Made by a program: the position numbers and the translations under genes. Positions 8,880 to 18,605 of a DNA stretch of 40,951 nt are shown here, in pieces. Positions within the stretch are counted from its first letter, which is position 1. The number at the start of each line of letters is the position of its first letter. The DNA is from Candidatus Iainarchaeum sp. (GTDB lineage: Archaea > Iainarchaeota > Iainarchaeia > Iainarchaeales > UBA10191), in contig JAUSFL010000019.1 of NCBI GenBank assembly GCA_030649735.1, forward strand, positions 1 to 40,951, written 5' to 3'. Under the pieces are notes generated by a model, which was given only the letters and a program-made list of their open reading frames with translations, was not told the DNA's origin and ran no database searches.

Positions 8880-9715
8880 CTTTTCTGGCCTAATTTTTCC
8901 AGCACTATTTCTTCCATGAATTCAACAGATGGCTTGCATCCGGTGAATAGCTCGAATTGCCTTGCGCCTTGCAATGCAAACATTCTAATGCCATTGATTG
9001 TTTCACAGCCATTGGCTTTTGCTTCCCTCAAAAGCCTTGTTTCGACCGGGTTATAAACAATGTCAAAAACCACCAAATGCTCATTCAAGTTTTTTGCAGG
9101 AATTGGGGTTTCTTCAATATTTGGGTTCATGCCTGTGCCTGTTGCATTAATCAAAATGTCGCAGTCTTTCAGGCAGTCATCAATGTTTGCGGGATTGACG
9201 CATTCTGCACTTGCTTCTTTCGCAAGCGCAATTGCTTTTTCTTCAATAATGTCGCATATTGAAAGCTTTGCGCCTTCGTCTGAAACTCCGAAAGCGATTG
9301 CCCTTGCAGCGCCTCCGGCCCCAAGCAAGAGAATTTTTTTCCCTTTAATGCTTGTTTTTTCATTTAATGCACTAATTGCCCCAAAAACGTCAGTGTTGTA
9401 TCCTTTGAGTTTTCCGTTCTCATTGACTATAGTGTTTACTGCGCCAATTTTTGAAGCAAGCGGCTCTATCCAATCAAGGTATTGCATTGCATTAATCTTA
9501 TGGGGGATTGTGACACTGTATCCTTTAATGTCTAAGGCTTTCATTGCTTCGATTGCTTCTCTAAGCCTTTCAGGCAGGACATCAAAAGCCAAGTAGCAAA
9601 AGTTCAGCCCGTGCTTTTCGTACATTGCATTGTGCATTGCAGGGCTCATGCTATGGCTTATTGGATGCCCAAGGACTGCGCAAAGCTTGGTTTCAGAATT
9701 TATCATTAATTTCAC
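8876..9715 (-). CDS. aroE: shikimate dehydrogenase
   Basis: HSMSPAMHN, SVTIPHK, GAVNT, GYNTD, GAGGAARA, DIVYNP. Confidence 0.97.
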   Translation of the reverse strand: MKLMINSETKLCAVLGHPISHSMSPAMHNAMYEKHGLNFCYLAFDVLPERLREAIEAMKALDIKGYSVTIPHKINAMQYLDWIEPLASKIGAVNTIVNENGKLKGYNTDVFGAISALNEKTSIKGKKILLLGAGGAARAIAFGVSDEGAKLSICDIIEEKAIALAKEASAECVNPANIDDCLKDCDILINATGTGMNPNIEETPIPAKNLNEHLVVFDIVYNPVETRLLREAKANGCETINGIRMFALQGARQFELFTGCKPSVEFMEEIVLEKLGQKR

Positions 9716-10407
9716 TGCTCCCTCATTGTTTTGCCTAATTCTTTTAGTATTTTCCCGAGTTTTTTAATGCTTAATTGGCCTTTTGCTGTTTCTTTTCCTT
9801 TTCTAAGGGATGCAAAAGTGAATTCGCTTCCCAAAAGCGGCGCCATTATGCGCGTTATTTTGCCTGCTTTTCCCATTCCAATGACTGCAATCTTTCGCTT
9901 GGAGTCAAGCAAGCCAAGCAAGCGCGCGTTGTCTTCGTCAGAGCTTGAAGCGCAGGCTATTTTTGCAATGTCAGCGCCTGATTCGAAACACTTGATTGCT
10001 GTTTTTTCAAGCATTTCTTTTGCTGGAGTTTTATTAAAATCATGGAATGACACTATCACTTTGCACCCAAATTCCCTTGCTTTTGAAATTACTTCTTTCT
10101 TGAATGCGTCGCTTGCTTCCAATTCCACATCAACTAATGCGGCGCCATTTTCAACAGCGCCAATCAGCATTTTTTTCCTTAATTCCTCGCCAAGGCTTCC
10201 GGGCCTGCAGGTTGCCATCAGCACGGCAGGCCTTGAGAAAATTCTTTTAATTCCATTGTTTGTCAGCTCTTCAGCATTCATTTTGTCCATTCTGATTTCA
10301 GCAAACTTGATTCCCTTCAGCGCTTGCAGGCATTCTTTCACTGACGGTTCGGCAATGCTGACGCAAACCCTTGAATCAACCAGTCCAGAAAAGTAATTAG
10401 CAGCCAT
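9712..10407 (-). CDS. aroD: type I 3-dehydroquinate dehydratase
   Basis: AEIRMD, ATCR, VDVEL, SFHDFNKTP, DIAKIA, MGKAGKITR, TAKGQ. The likely start is ATG 10407 after GGAAGG. Confidence 0.93.
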   Translation of the reverse strand: MAANYFSGLVDSRVCVSIAEPSVKECLQALKGIKFAEIRMDKMNAEELTNNGIKRIFSRPAVLMATCRPGSLGEELRKKMLIGAVENGAALVDVELEASDAFKKEVISKAREFGCKVIVSFHDFNKTPAKEMLEKTAIKCFESGADIAKIACASSSDEDNARLLGLLDSKRKIAVIGMGKAGKITRIMAPLLGSEFTFASLRKGKETAKGQLSIKKLGKILKELGKTMREQ

Positions 10408-10497
10408 TATTAGCCTTCCAGAATCCTTGCCCTTTGCTTTATCTTTGGCAATCAATAGCATAAAAAACAATATGTTTTATCGGCAAACAACGAGGGA

Positions 10498-11517
10498 TTA
10501 TAATTGCCTGTTGCTTTCTTCAATTATTTCTTCAAGCTTTCTTTTTGCAGCTCCTTTGTCAATTGCCGCTTGCGCGGTTTTTATTCCTTCAGCAATGCTT
10601 TTTGCATTTCCATTAACGTAAATTGCAGCGCCTGCATTCAATAGGGCAAAATCTGCCTTTGCGCTTTTTTTTCCGCAAAAAATCTCTTTTATTTCATTGG
10701 CTGATTCTTCGGCATTTGAGACTTGAAGCTCTTTCTCGCTTGCTCTTTCAAGCCCGAATTGTTCAGGGCTTATTTCATATGTTTTGACAACGCCTTGAAA
10801 TACTTCAAAAACTCTTGTGGAATTGCAGATTGAAATTTCGTCAAAGCCGTCAATGCCATTAACTATCAAGGCATGGCTTAAACTCATTTGGCTTATGATT
10901 TTAGAGTATTTTTCAGCAAGTTCTGCATTGAAAACCCCTAAAAGCATTGTTTGCGCGCTTGCGGGATTTGTCAAAGGCCCAACCAAGTTAAAGATTGTCC
11001 TGATGCCGAGCTGCTTTCTTGCTTCTGCGGCATGCTTCATTGCCGGATGATGCAATGGGGCGAACAGGAAGGCAAACCCGGTTTTTTCAATCATTGCTTC
11101 ATTTTGCCTTGGGGAAAGGTTAATGTTTACGCCAAGATTTTCAAGCACGTCAGCGGCTCCGGAATTGCTTGAAACTTTCCTGTTGCCGTGCTTTGCAACA
11201 AGACAGCCTGCGGCTGAAGCAATAATTGCTGCCGCAGTGCTCGCGTTAATGCAGTCTTTGGCGTCTCCGCCAGTCCCTACAACATCAAGCAGTTCGGCAT
11301 TCACTTTTGGATTGACTTTGGAAACAAAAGAGTTCATTGATTCTGCGGCTCCGAGAATTTCCTCAATTGTTTCCCCTTTTTTTGCAAGCGCTTTCAAGAA
11401 TCCAGAAAGCTCTTGGGTTTCAACTCTTCCTGACATTATCTTGTCAAATGCCTGCCTTGCCTGTTCTTTCCCAAGGCTTTTTCCGGCAAACGCTTGATTT
11501 AACGCGTCCTCAATCAT
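10498..11517 (-). CDS. trpD: anthranilate phosphoribosyltransferase
   Basis: DVVGTGGD, NASTAAA, AKHGNRKVSS, HPAMKH, RTIFNLVGPLTNP; ATGA overlap with trpG. Confidence 0.97.
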   Translation of the reverse strand: MIEDALNQAFAGKSLGKEQARQAFDKIMSGRVETQELSGFLKALAKKGETIEEILGAAESMNSFVSKVNPKVNAELLDVVGTGGDAKDCINASTAAAIIASAAGCLVAKHGNRKVSSNSGAADVLENLGVNINLSPRQNEAMIEKTGFAFLFAPLHHPAMKHAAEARKQLGIRTIFNLVGPLTNPASAQTMLLGVFNAELAEKYSKIISQMSLSHALIVNGIDGFDEISICNSTRVFEVFQGVVKTYEISPEQFGLERASEKELQVSNAEESANEIKEIFCGKKSAKADFALLNAGAAIYVNGNAKSIAEGIKTAQAAIDKGAAKRKLEEIIEESNRQL

Positions 11518-12092
11518 TCCTTGCACAACCCAATCATGTTTTCGATTATTTTGCCGCCCATTGTTGTCAGGATGCTTTCAGGATGGAATTGCACGCCTTC
11601 AACCAAGAATTGCCTGTGCCTTGCAGCCATTACTTCCCCGTCAGGAGAGCTTGCGCTTACTTCCAGGCATTCTGGAATTTTAGTTCCCGCAAGGCTGTGA
11701 TAACGGCCTGCAAGAAAAGGGTTTTCCAAAGAGGCAAAAATTGTTTTGCCGTCATGCTTTATTTTGCTTGATTTTCCGTGAACAATCTGTTTAGCCCGGC
11801 CTACAATTCCGCCAAAAGCCTCTATAATGCATTGGTGGCCAAGGCAAACCCCTAAAATAGGGATTTTTCCTGCAAATTCTTTAATGACTGGAATGCAAAT
11901 TCCCGCATTTTGCGGATTGCTTGGTCCAGGGCTTATTACAATCAGCCCAATCTTTTTTTCTTCAGCAACTTCGCGGATTTTCTCCAAGGGAACATTATTC
12001 CTGTAAACTATCACTTTGCAACCGCGTTTTTCAAACTCGTCAACAAGGTTGTAAGTGAAAGAGTCAAAATTGTCAATTAGCAGGACATTCAT
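11514..12092 (-). CDS. trpG: anthranilate synthase component II (glutamine amidotransferase)
   Basis: IDNFDSFTYNL, SPGP, GVCLGHQ, RYHSL, QFHPES. Confidence 0.96.
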   Translation of the reverse strand: MNVLLIDNFDSFTYNLVDEFEKRGCKVIVYRNNVPLEKIREVAEEKKIGLIVISPGPSNPQNAGICIPVIKEFAGKIPILGVCLGHQCIIEAFGGIVGRAKQIVHGKSSKIKHDGKTIFASLENPFLAGRYHSLAGTKIPECLEVSASSPDGEVMAARHRQFLVEGVQFHPESILTTMGGKIIENMIGLCKE

Positions 12093-13696
12093 TTTTCATC
12101 CCCTCCAGGCGCGTTTTCCCCGATTTCAATCGCGCGAACGCAAGCCCTTGCTTTTCTTTCAACCTCGTCAAATTCTTTTTCGGGAACAGAGTCAAAAACT
12201 ATTCCCGCACCGCTTCGCACAAATGCCTTGTTGCCTTTCACGCGGACTGAACGAATGACTATTGCGGAGTCAAGCTCGCCGTCAAAAGTCAAGTAGCCAA
12301 TGCTTCCGCCGTAAAAACCGCGCTTGGTTTTTTCCAAGAGCCTGATGAGTTCCATTGCCTTTACTTTCGGCGCTCCCGACAAAGTGCCCATGTTCATGCT
12401 TGCCAAATAAGCGTGCAGTGCATCAAGCTCTGGCTTGAGGATTCCGCTGACATTGCTTACCAAGTGCATTACGTGAGAGTATTTTTCAATGCAGTGCGGC
12501 TTGTCAACAATCCTTGTTCCGGGCTTTGAGACTCTTGCAACGTCATTTCTCGCCAGGTCTACAAGCATTGTGTGCTCTGCAAGCTCTTTCTCGTCAGTTT
12601 TCAATTCATTCTCAAACCTTGAATCCAAGTCAAAGTCGATTTTTCCGTCAGGCGTAAATCCTCTTGGTTTTGTTCCTGCAATTGGCCTTATTTCAACTTT
12701 GCGCTCTTTGCTTGGCAGTGGCAAGTTTGAGACTTTAATGAATGTTTCCGGGCTGCTGCCGAAAAGAATTCCATCAACAGTCTTGAAATAAAACATGTAA
12801 GGGCCTGGATTCAAGTTTTTCAGCGCTTTGTAAACTATTAAAGGATGATTGACTGGCTCTAGAATGCTTGTCTTGCTTACTACGATTTGAAAAACATCGC
12901 CTTCAATGATGTGCTCTTTGCAGTCTTCAACCATTCTGATGAATTCTTCCTTGCTAGTGTCTGAAGACTTTTTCAGGACTGTTTTTTCAAGATTGGCTTT
13001 TAAAACCTGCTTTTTTGAAAGCGCTTCTTCCAAAACTTGAAGAATGCTTTCACTCCTGTGCTTTCCTTCGCTTTCCCCTTCAATGCTTGGAAAATAATTC
13101 GATACAAGCAGTGTTTCATTGGCCTGGTGATTTATGATGAACAAGTTGTCCAAAAAAAGCATGTCAAAATCAGGGTCGTTTGTAATGTCTGAAGAATTTG
13201 GCGGCAGTGATTCAAACTGGCCTATAAAATCGTAAGAAATTGCGCCAAAAAGGCCGCCTGGAACTGGAATTTTTGCGCCTTGCATTTTAAACTTGAACGC
13301 GATTGTGCGCAAGACATCTGCAAGCGTTGGCACTTTCAGCCGTTCTTCTTCTGAAACAAGCATAGGCCGCTTTTTCACTATTCCGCTAATCATTCCAGCC
13401 GAGAACTCCAGGCTTTCGCAAAAGCCAAAATCATCATGCATTGCCTGCAGTATTTTTTCTCCAAGATCGTTCAAGGCAATAATTTGGAAAGAGTCTTCCT
13501 TCCCAATCAAGCGAAGGCTTGGATTGCAGCAGCCAATGCTCTTTCCGCCCTGCTGGCTTATGACTTCCGCGCTTTTGTCTGCAGACTCCAAAAGAATGCA
13601 ATTGTCTTTTTCGCCATTCTCTGAAAGCAATGCAAAAAAATCCAGCGGCTCTGGAGCGCCGGCAATTTTTTTCACAAGAGTTTTTGCAATGCTCAC
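12089..13696 (-). CDS. trpE: anthranilate synthase component I
   Basis: LLES (Trp feedback site), NPGPYM, PIAGT, EHTMLVDLARND, GTLSGAPK; GTG start with GGTGAT RBS. Confidence 0.95.
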   Translation of the reverse strand: MSIAKTLVKKIAGAPEPLDFFALLSENGEKDNCILLESADKSAEVISQQGGKSIGCCNPSLRLIGKEDSFQIIALNDLGEKILQAMHDDFGFCESLEFSAGMISGIVKKRPMLVSEEERLKVPTLADVLRTIAFKFKMQGAKIPVPGGLFGAISYDFIGQFESLPPNSSDITNDPDFDMLFLDNLFIINHQANETLLVSNYFPSIEGESEGKHRSESILQVLEEALSKKQVLKANLEKTVLKKSSDTSKEEFIRMVEDCKEHIIEGDVFQIVVSKTSILEPVNHPLIVYKALKNLNPGPYMFYFKTVDGILFGSSPETFIKVSNLPLPSKERKVEIRPIAGTKPRGFTPDGKIDFDLDSRFENELKTDEKELAEHTMLVDLARNDVARVSKPGTRIVDKPHCIEKYSHVMHLVSNVSGILKPELDALHAYLASMNMGTLSGAPKVKAMELIRLLEKTKRGFYGGSIGYLTFDGELDSAIVIRSVRVKGNKAFVRSGAGIVFDSVPEKEFDEVERKARACVRAIEIGENAPGGDEK

Positions 13697-13825
13697 GCAA
13701 TCACCAGCCTGCTTTCAAAAGAAAGACTGCAAATTAATGCTTGCGCCGCATTTGAAGCAATGCTGCATGCAATTAGATTATTTGATGAAAGAAAATTCTT
13801 GAAGCTGTAAAAAATCAGGCAAAAT

Positions 13826-13858
13826 TCAAAAATTCCAGGGTGAATCAGCTTTTTTCAT
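13826..13858 (-). CDS. putative trp/aro operon leader peptide MKKADSPWNF
   Basis: 10-codon uORF 26 nt downstream of a TTTAAATA box. It ends in Trp-Asn-Phe and is followed by a T6 tract. Confidence 0.35.
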   Translation of the reverse strand: MKKADSPWNF

Positions 13859-13884
13859 GAATAAGACATTTATGCCGCATGGTT

Positions 13885-13892
13885 TATTTAAA
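13885..13892 (-). promoter_or_regulatory. archaeal TATA box upstream of trpE-aro operon
   Basis: TTTAAATA preceded by purine-rich BRE-like GTAAAGG on the minus strand. Confidence 0.55.
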
Positions 13893-14018
13893 CCTTTACT
13901 GATTTTTAAGGCCTGGATGCGTTGGCTTTTGCTATTGGCGGGTTTTCAGCAATTTTAAAACTCGCAATTTGAGTTTTCAACCCATGTTTTTTAAATAAGC
14001 AAAGGCTATTTTTAGTTT

Positions 14019-15299
14019 GTGGAAAAACCGCGAGTTTTAATTGCAGGGTCTGGCCTGGCCGCCTATTTTGCGTGGCGGCAGCTTGGAGAGAAAGCAATTG
14101 TAGTTTCAGGCTCTTTAACCAATAATTCGTTGATTTCGGGGCATTGTTTTTGCACAAAAAGCCCGAATTCCCAAACTTTGGAAAACGCGATTATTGGGAC
14201 TGGACGGAATTTAAGCGACAGAAATCTTGTAAAGTTCTTTTGCAGCAAAGCAAAAGGCATTGAAAAATTGCCTGAATTCAGCAAAAAAACAGAATGGTCT
14301 TTAGGATTCAAAAGTCCGCTTGATTTTCTGGAAAGATTCCAGCAAAAGGCATTGAATGCCAGAATTGTAGAATTGAATGTTTTAGAAAACAGGCTTGATT
14401 CTGTCACAATCCAGCACGAGAATGGACAAAAGCAAGTTATTGAATGCAATGCTATTGTTTTATGCACTGGCGGCTACAGTCACTATTTCACGCCGGCTGA
14501 TTCAATGAATTATTCAAGCCCCACTGGCCTGGAAGTCGCGTTCAATGCGGGAGCAATGGTTTCTGGCCTTGAGTTTAACATGTTTCATCCGTTTGGCTTA
14601 GGCGGCAAGTGCTTGCCCACTGAAGCGCTTTCAAAATGCAATGTTCTTTCAAAAAGCAATGGAGCTGAATGGCTCAAAAAAAGCATTCTGCAAAAAAGCC
14701 TGCATGACAGGCTTTCAAAAGCCTGCTTGGCAATTTCCCATGAAAAGGGCGGAAAACTAAAGGTTGAAATGAACAATAAAACATTCAATTTGACTCCAAT
14801 ATCACATTATTCTAATGGCGGGTTGGTTGTTGACTGTGATTCCAAAACTTCAATTCAAGGAGTTTTTGCAGCCGGCGAAATTGCGTTCGGAATTCAAGGC
14901 GCTGAAAGAATTGGCGGAACTGCATTGACTGAAGCAGTGGTTTTTGGCTCAAATGCAGGAAAAAAAGCCGCAATTCACTGCGATGACGCAAGCCCTTGCA
15001 GGATTTCCTTCGGCAAGGCATTTTTTGAAAAAAGCAAAAAGCGCATTATAGACTGCAAAAAAATCATTTCAGGAAATTTTGGCACGCTCAACAGCCGGGA
15101 AAAATTGCTTGAAGGGCTTGAAAAATCCAGTGAGAAAGACTGCTTTTTTTTGCAGGCATTATTTAAGGCCGGCTTGGCGCGCAAGGAATCAAGAGGCTGC
15201 TTTAACAGGATTGATTTTCCTAAAGAGCGGAAAAAGTTTGAAAAAAACTTTCTTTTCAAGCTTGAAAAAGGCAAGGTAAAGCAGGCTTTTACTGAATGA
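14019..15299 (+). CDS. FAD-dependent oxidoreductase, L-aspartate oxidase/fumarate reductase flavoprotein family (divergent, shortened)
   Basis: IAGSGLA, LCTGG, LEFNMFHP, HYSNGG, FAAGE, GAERIGG, ESRG..RIDFP. Confidence 0.8.
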   Translation: MEKPRVLIAGSGLAAYFAWRQLGEKAIVVSGSLTNNSLISGHCFCTKSPNSQTLENAIIGTGRNLSDRNLVKFFCSKAKGIEKLPEFSKKTEWSLGFKSPLDFLERFQQKALNARIVELNVLENRLDSVTIQHENGQKQVIECNAIVLCTGGYSHYFTPADSMNYSSPTGLEVAFNAGAMVSGLEFNMFHPFGLGGKCLPTEALSKCNVLSKSNGAEWLKKSILQKSLHDRLSKACLAISHEKGGKLKVEMNNKTFNLTPISHYSNGGLVVDCDSKTSIQGVFAAGEIAFGIQGAERIGGTALTEAVVFGSNAGKKAAIHCDDASPCRISFGKAFFEKSKKRIIDCKKIISGNFGTLNSREKLLEGLEKSSEKDCFFLQALFKAGLARKESRGCFNRIDFPKERKKFEKNFLFKLEKGKVKQAFTE

Positions 15300-16110
15300 C
15301 TGGAAAAGAGCCTATTGTTTTGAAAAAAATGCAGTTTTCCTTGAGCTCTTCAAGCGCTTTCTGGCTGTTTGAATGCTGCGCGTCTCCCTCGAAATCCACG
15401 AAAAAAACATACTCCCACGCGTTCTTTTTCGAAGGCCTTGACTCTATTTTTGTCAAGTTAATGTCGTAAACCTTGAATGCCTTTATGCAATTGAATAAAG
15501 CGCCCGCCTTATGCATTGTTGAAAAGGCAATTGTTGTCTTGTTCTTTTTGGCATTGGGAATTTCAGAAAGGCTCAATACAAGAAACCTTGTCTTGTTGAA
15601 TGAAAAGTCCTGAATGTTTTCCGCAAGCACTTTCAGGCCGAATTTTTCCGCAGTCATGAGCGACGCGATTGCAGCGCTTTTTTGCTCTTTTGACGCAAGC
15701 TCTGCTGCCATTGAAGTGCTTGACACGCTCACCAATTCTGCTTTGGGAATGTTTGACGCAATCCAATTCCTGCATTGCGCCAAGGCCTGCGGGTGGGAAA
15801 AGACTTTTTCAATTTCTTCAATCTTGAATTCTGAAAGCAGCGCGTGCTTTATGTCAAGGCTTGTTTCGCAAACGATTTTCACTCCAGACTCCAGCAAAAA
15901 ATCCAAAGTGACTCCCACAGACCCTTCAGTAGAGTTTTCCACTGGAACAACTCCAAACTTGACGCTTGAGTTTTCAACGCTTTTGAAGACTTCCGGAATG
16001 CCGGGCATTGAAACAAGCTGGGCTTTTGGAAACATTTTCATTGCGGCCTGGTGGGTAAAACTGGTTTCAGGCCCCAAATAAGACACTTTTTCAGAAAATT
16101 CTTCAAGCAT
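15289..16110 (-). CDS. pheA: prephenate dehydratase (PDT + ACT)
   Basis: YLGPETSFT, PVENSTEGSV, SHPQALAQC, NKTRF, NLTKIESRP, YVFFVD. Confidence 0.96.
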   Translation of the reverse strand: MLEEFSEKVSYLGPETSFTHQAAMKMFPKAQLVSMPGIPEVFKSVENSSVKFGVVPVENSTEGSVGVTLDFLLESGVKIVCETSLDIKHALLSEFKIEEIEKVFSHPQALAQCRNWIASNIPKAELVSVSSTSMAAELASKEQKSAAIASLMTAEKFGLKVLAENIQDFSFNKTRFLVLSLSEIPNAKKNKTTIAFSTMHKAGALFNCIKAFKVYDINLTKIESRPSKKNAWEYVFFVDFEGDAQHSNSQKALEELKENCIFFKTIGSFPVIQ

Positions 16111-16217
16111 TTTTTTAATTATCTCTGAAAACGATTAAATAACGTTATCACAGATTCAGGCAAAAATCGGCTTAATTAACTAAAAAGAATTAAATAATGA
16201 AAAAGCGTGATTTTCTA

Positions 16218-16805
16218 ATGCCTTTTTTCAGGAAAGCAAAGCCAATGCCCAAGGGATTGGCTGGAAAGGACAAAACCATAAGGAAGGCTTCATTTGCATT
16301 GAATGTTTTGCGGCGTCTTAAAAGTAGGACTGGAAACTTGACTTTAAGGATTATTGGAAAGCCATTGCTTGCTGAAAGCATTGCCGCAAGAATTAATGAC
16401 CCAAAATTAAGAAATTCAATATTGTTAATTGGCAGAACCAAGTACTTGCCAAAAAAAGAAATAAGGCAAATTGCCTCAAAACCTTTTGGCACTATTGAGG
16501 AAAATGAAAGAATCAAATCATCGCTTGTGGTTGCCTCGGCACTTTACAAAAGATATAAAGAACAGCCTGAATTAACGGGCAAAGTGACAAAGGCAATTTT
16601 TGGAGTTTTAGGCAACAATCCGCAATCAAGGGAACTTGCCGCTGAATTATTGGGCAATTGCATTGGCGCTTTTGGGGACCCAAAAGTTTTCGGGCAAATA
16701 GAATTCAAGTCCAACTCCCATTATTACCCGCAGCTGATTTTTGATGTTTCAAAAATGCCCAGTGGCTGGAGAATTAAAATGCGCCCAAACCCATTGCTTA
16801 ACTAA
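16218..16805 (+). CDS. hypothetical basic protein
   Basis: Long ORF in the gap between pheA and the antiporter. TTAAATA 21 nt before ATG 16218 suggests a leaderless start (the ORF track start is 16197). Confidence 0.65.
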   Translation: MPFFRKAKPMPKGLAGKDKTIRKASFALNVLRRLKSRTGNLTLRIIGKPLLAESIAARINDPKLRNSILLIGRTKYLPKKEIRQIASKPFGTIEENERIKSSLVVASALYKRYKEQPELTGKVTKAIFGVLGNNPQSRELAAELLGNCIGAFGDPKVFGQIEFKSNSHYYPQLIFDVSKMPSGWRIKMRPNPLLN

Positions 16806-18557
16806 TCAAGTGAATTTTTTTTCCAGCTCTATTTTTTCCTTCAAGTAATTAATGTACTCGTTCTTCATTTTTGAGGAAATAGTCCTTCCGCTTTCAATGA
16901 AAGTTTTAATCTGCCTTAAGCATTCATTGCTTCCCAAAACCTGCGGGAGAATGACTGACTCTGCGCCCGCATTGTACATTTTCAATGCCTCGTCAAAATT
17001 GTGCGCCCTCGCAAAAATCACAACATCCTTGTTTGCTTTCTTTAGCTTTTGAATCACATTGATTGCCGAGTTTGTGTCAGGAATAGTGCTTATGATCAAT
17101 TTTGCCTTGTCAAAGTTTGCCTTTTTCCAGACTTCCGGACTGTCAACGCTTCCATAAATTGAGTAAAGTTTCTTGTTTATGTTTGCCAGAACATTTGAAG
17201 GATTATGGTCTATGATTACAACGCTTCCGTAATTCCGCAACACTGCAGCCAAGGAAGTTCCAAAAACCCCGGAACCCAAAATCACAATGTGGTCTTCCAG
17301 TTCTTCCTTTGGCAGGCTTTCCAATTCCTTGAGCTTTTTGCTGAAGCGCTTGTTCGAGTATTTTGGAAAGAGCTTCCTGAACAAGGAATCAAGCCTGGAG
17401 TAAATTCCGCCAGAGCTTTCCAGAACATAAGGCGTTGTAGCCATTGAAACAACAATCACTGTAATTGCCAGCGAGTAAACATTGGCCTGCATTTGCCCCA
17501 AAGCCAAGGCCTGCGCCGCGAGAATGAAGGAAAACTCGCTTGCCTGCTCTAACGCAAGCCCGACTGTAAGCGCGGTGCGGCTTCCATAGCCTGAAAAATA
17601 AACTATCAGGAAGTAAATCAACGGGTTAAGCAAGTAGACAACAAGAAACATTGCGATTGCCGCAAGCATTGGAAAGTTTCCAAACTGCAAGGTCAACTGC
17701 ATTCCTAAAGACACGAAAAAGATTATCGAGAAAAAGTCCCTCAAACCGCGAATCCTGCTCAAGGCTTCAACCTGGTATGGAAGGCTGCTTAAAGTCAGGC
17801 CGCCAATGAAAGCCCCCACAGCCAGTGAAAAATCCAAGAGGTTTGCAACATACATGAATCCCAGGCAAGTTGACACTACAATGAGGAAGAATAATTCCTG
17901 ATTGTTGGCGTGGCTTTTCAAAAGCCTTGGGAGAACCAGCTTGTTGAGCAATAATGCAAGCCCGAACAATGCGATAATCCCCAATGCAAATTTTGAAAGC
18001 AGGCCAATGTTGAAGATTGTTGAAGGATTTGCAAGGAGTGGCAGCGCCAAAACAGCAAGCAAGTCCTGGCAGACTGCAAATCCGATGATGAGCCTGCCGT
18101 GCAAAGTGCTTATCTGATTCTTGTCGCTCAAGTACTTTACTGTAATCACAGTGCTGCTGAAGGCCAAAATCAGGCCGATATAAATTGACTCGACAAAGCC
18201 AAGGCCTGCAAAATTCATCATGCTGAAAACAACTGCTGTCGTGATCAAGACTTGCGCCAAGGCGCCAAAAAACAGTAATTTTCCCATTTTCAAAAGCTTT
18301 GAAAAGTCAGATTCAATGCCAATCGCGAAAAGCAGGAAAGCGACTCCAAGCTCTGAAAGAATCAAAATGTCCGAATGGTTTATTTGCCAAGTGAAGCCAA
18401 GAAATTGCGAAGCTATTACAGCCCCAATAGGGCCTATAATGACTCCAGTAATCAAGTAGGCAAACATCAGCTGCTGCTTTAGCTTTCTTGCAATCAAGGC
18501 CACTACAGTGGCTGCAAGCATTATGATTCCAAGGCTGATCAATAGGCTGAATTCCAT
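16806..18557 (-). CDS. CPA2 family cation:proton antiporter with C-terminal TrkA-N (KefB/KefC-like)
   Basis: About 12 TM helices; ELGVAFLLF, AFSSTVI, QD, GAFIGG, FFVSLG, QASEFSF; C-terminal GSGVFG RCK domain. Confidence 0.93.
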   Translation of the reverse strand: MEFSLLISLGIIMLAATVVALIARKLKQQLMFAYLITGVIIGPIGAVIASQFLGFTWQINHSDILILSELGVAFLLFAIGIESDFSKLLKMGKLLFFGALAQVLITTAVVFSMMNFAGLGFVESIYIGLILAFSSTVITVKYLSDKNQISTLHGRLIIGFAVCQDLLAVLALPLLANPSTIFNIGLLSKFALGIIALFGLALLLNKLVLPRLLKSHANNQELFFLIVVSTCLGFMYVANLLDFSLAVGAFIGGLTLSSLPYQVEALSRIRGLRDFFSIIFFVSLGMQLTLQFGNFPMLAAIAMFLVVYLLNPLIYFLIVYFSGYGSRTALTVGLALEQASEFSFILAAQALALGQMQANVYSLAITVIVVSMATTPYVLESSGGIYSRLDSLFRKLFPKYSNKRFSKKLKELESLPKEELEDHIVILGSGVFGTSLAAVLRNYGSVVIIDHNPSNVLANINKKLYSIYGSVDSPEVWKKANFDKAKLIISTIPDTNSAINVIQKLKKANKDVVIFARAHNFDEALKMYNAGAESVILPQVLGSNECLRQIKTFIESGRTISSKMKNEYINYLKEKIELEKKFT

Positions 18558-18605
18558 TATAAAACCAGCAAAATAAACGCTTTAGAAGTTTAAAAACAGT
18601 TGCTG

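Noticed and set aside
13697-13860. Classical bacterial trp attenuator (tandem Trp codons, GC-rich terminator hairpin) or T-box
   Set aside because: There is only one Trp codon and no strong GC hairpin with a U-tract or T-box consensus. Kept only as an atypical candidate.
14019-15299. Calling this gene nadB or sdhA
   Set aside because: Catalytic-region motifs diverge and the partner genes are absent from the window.
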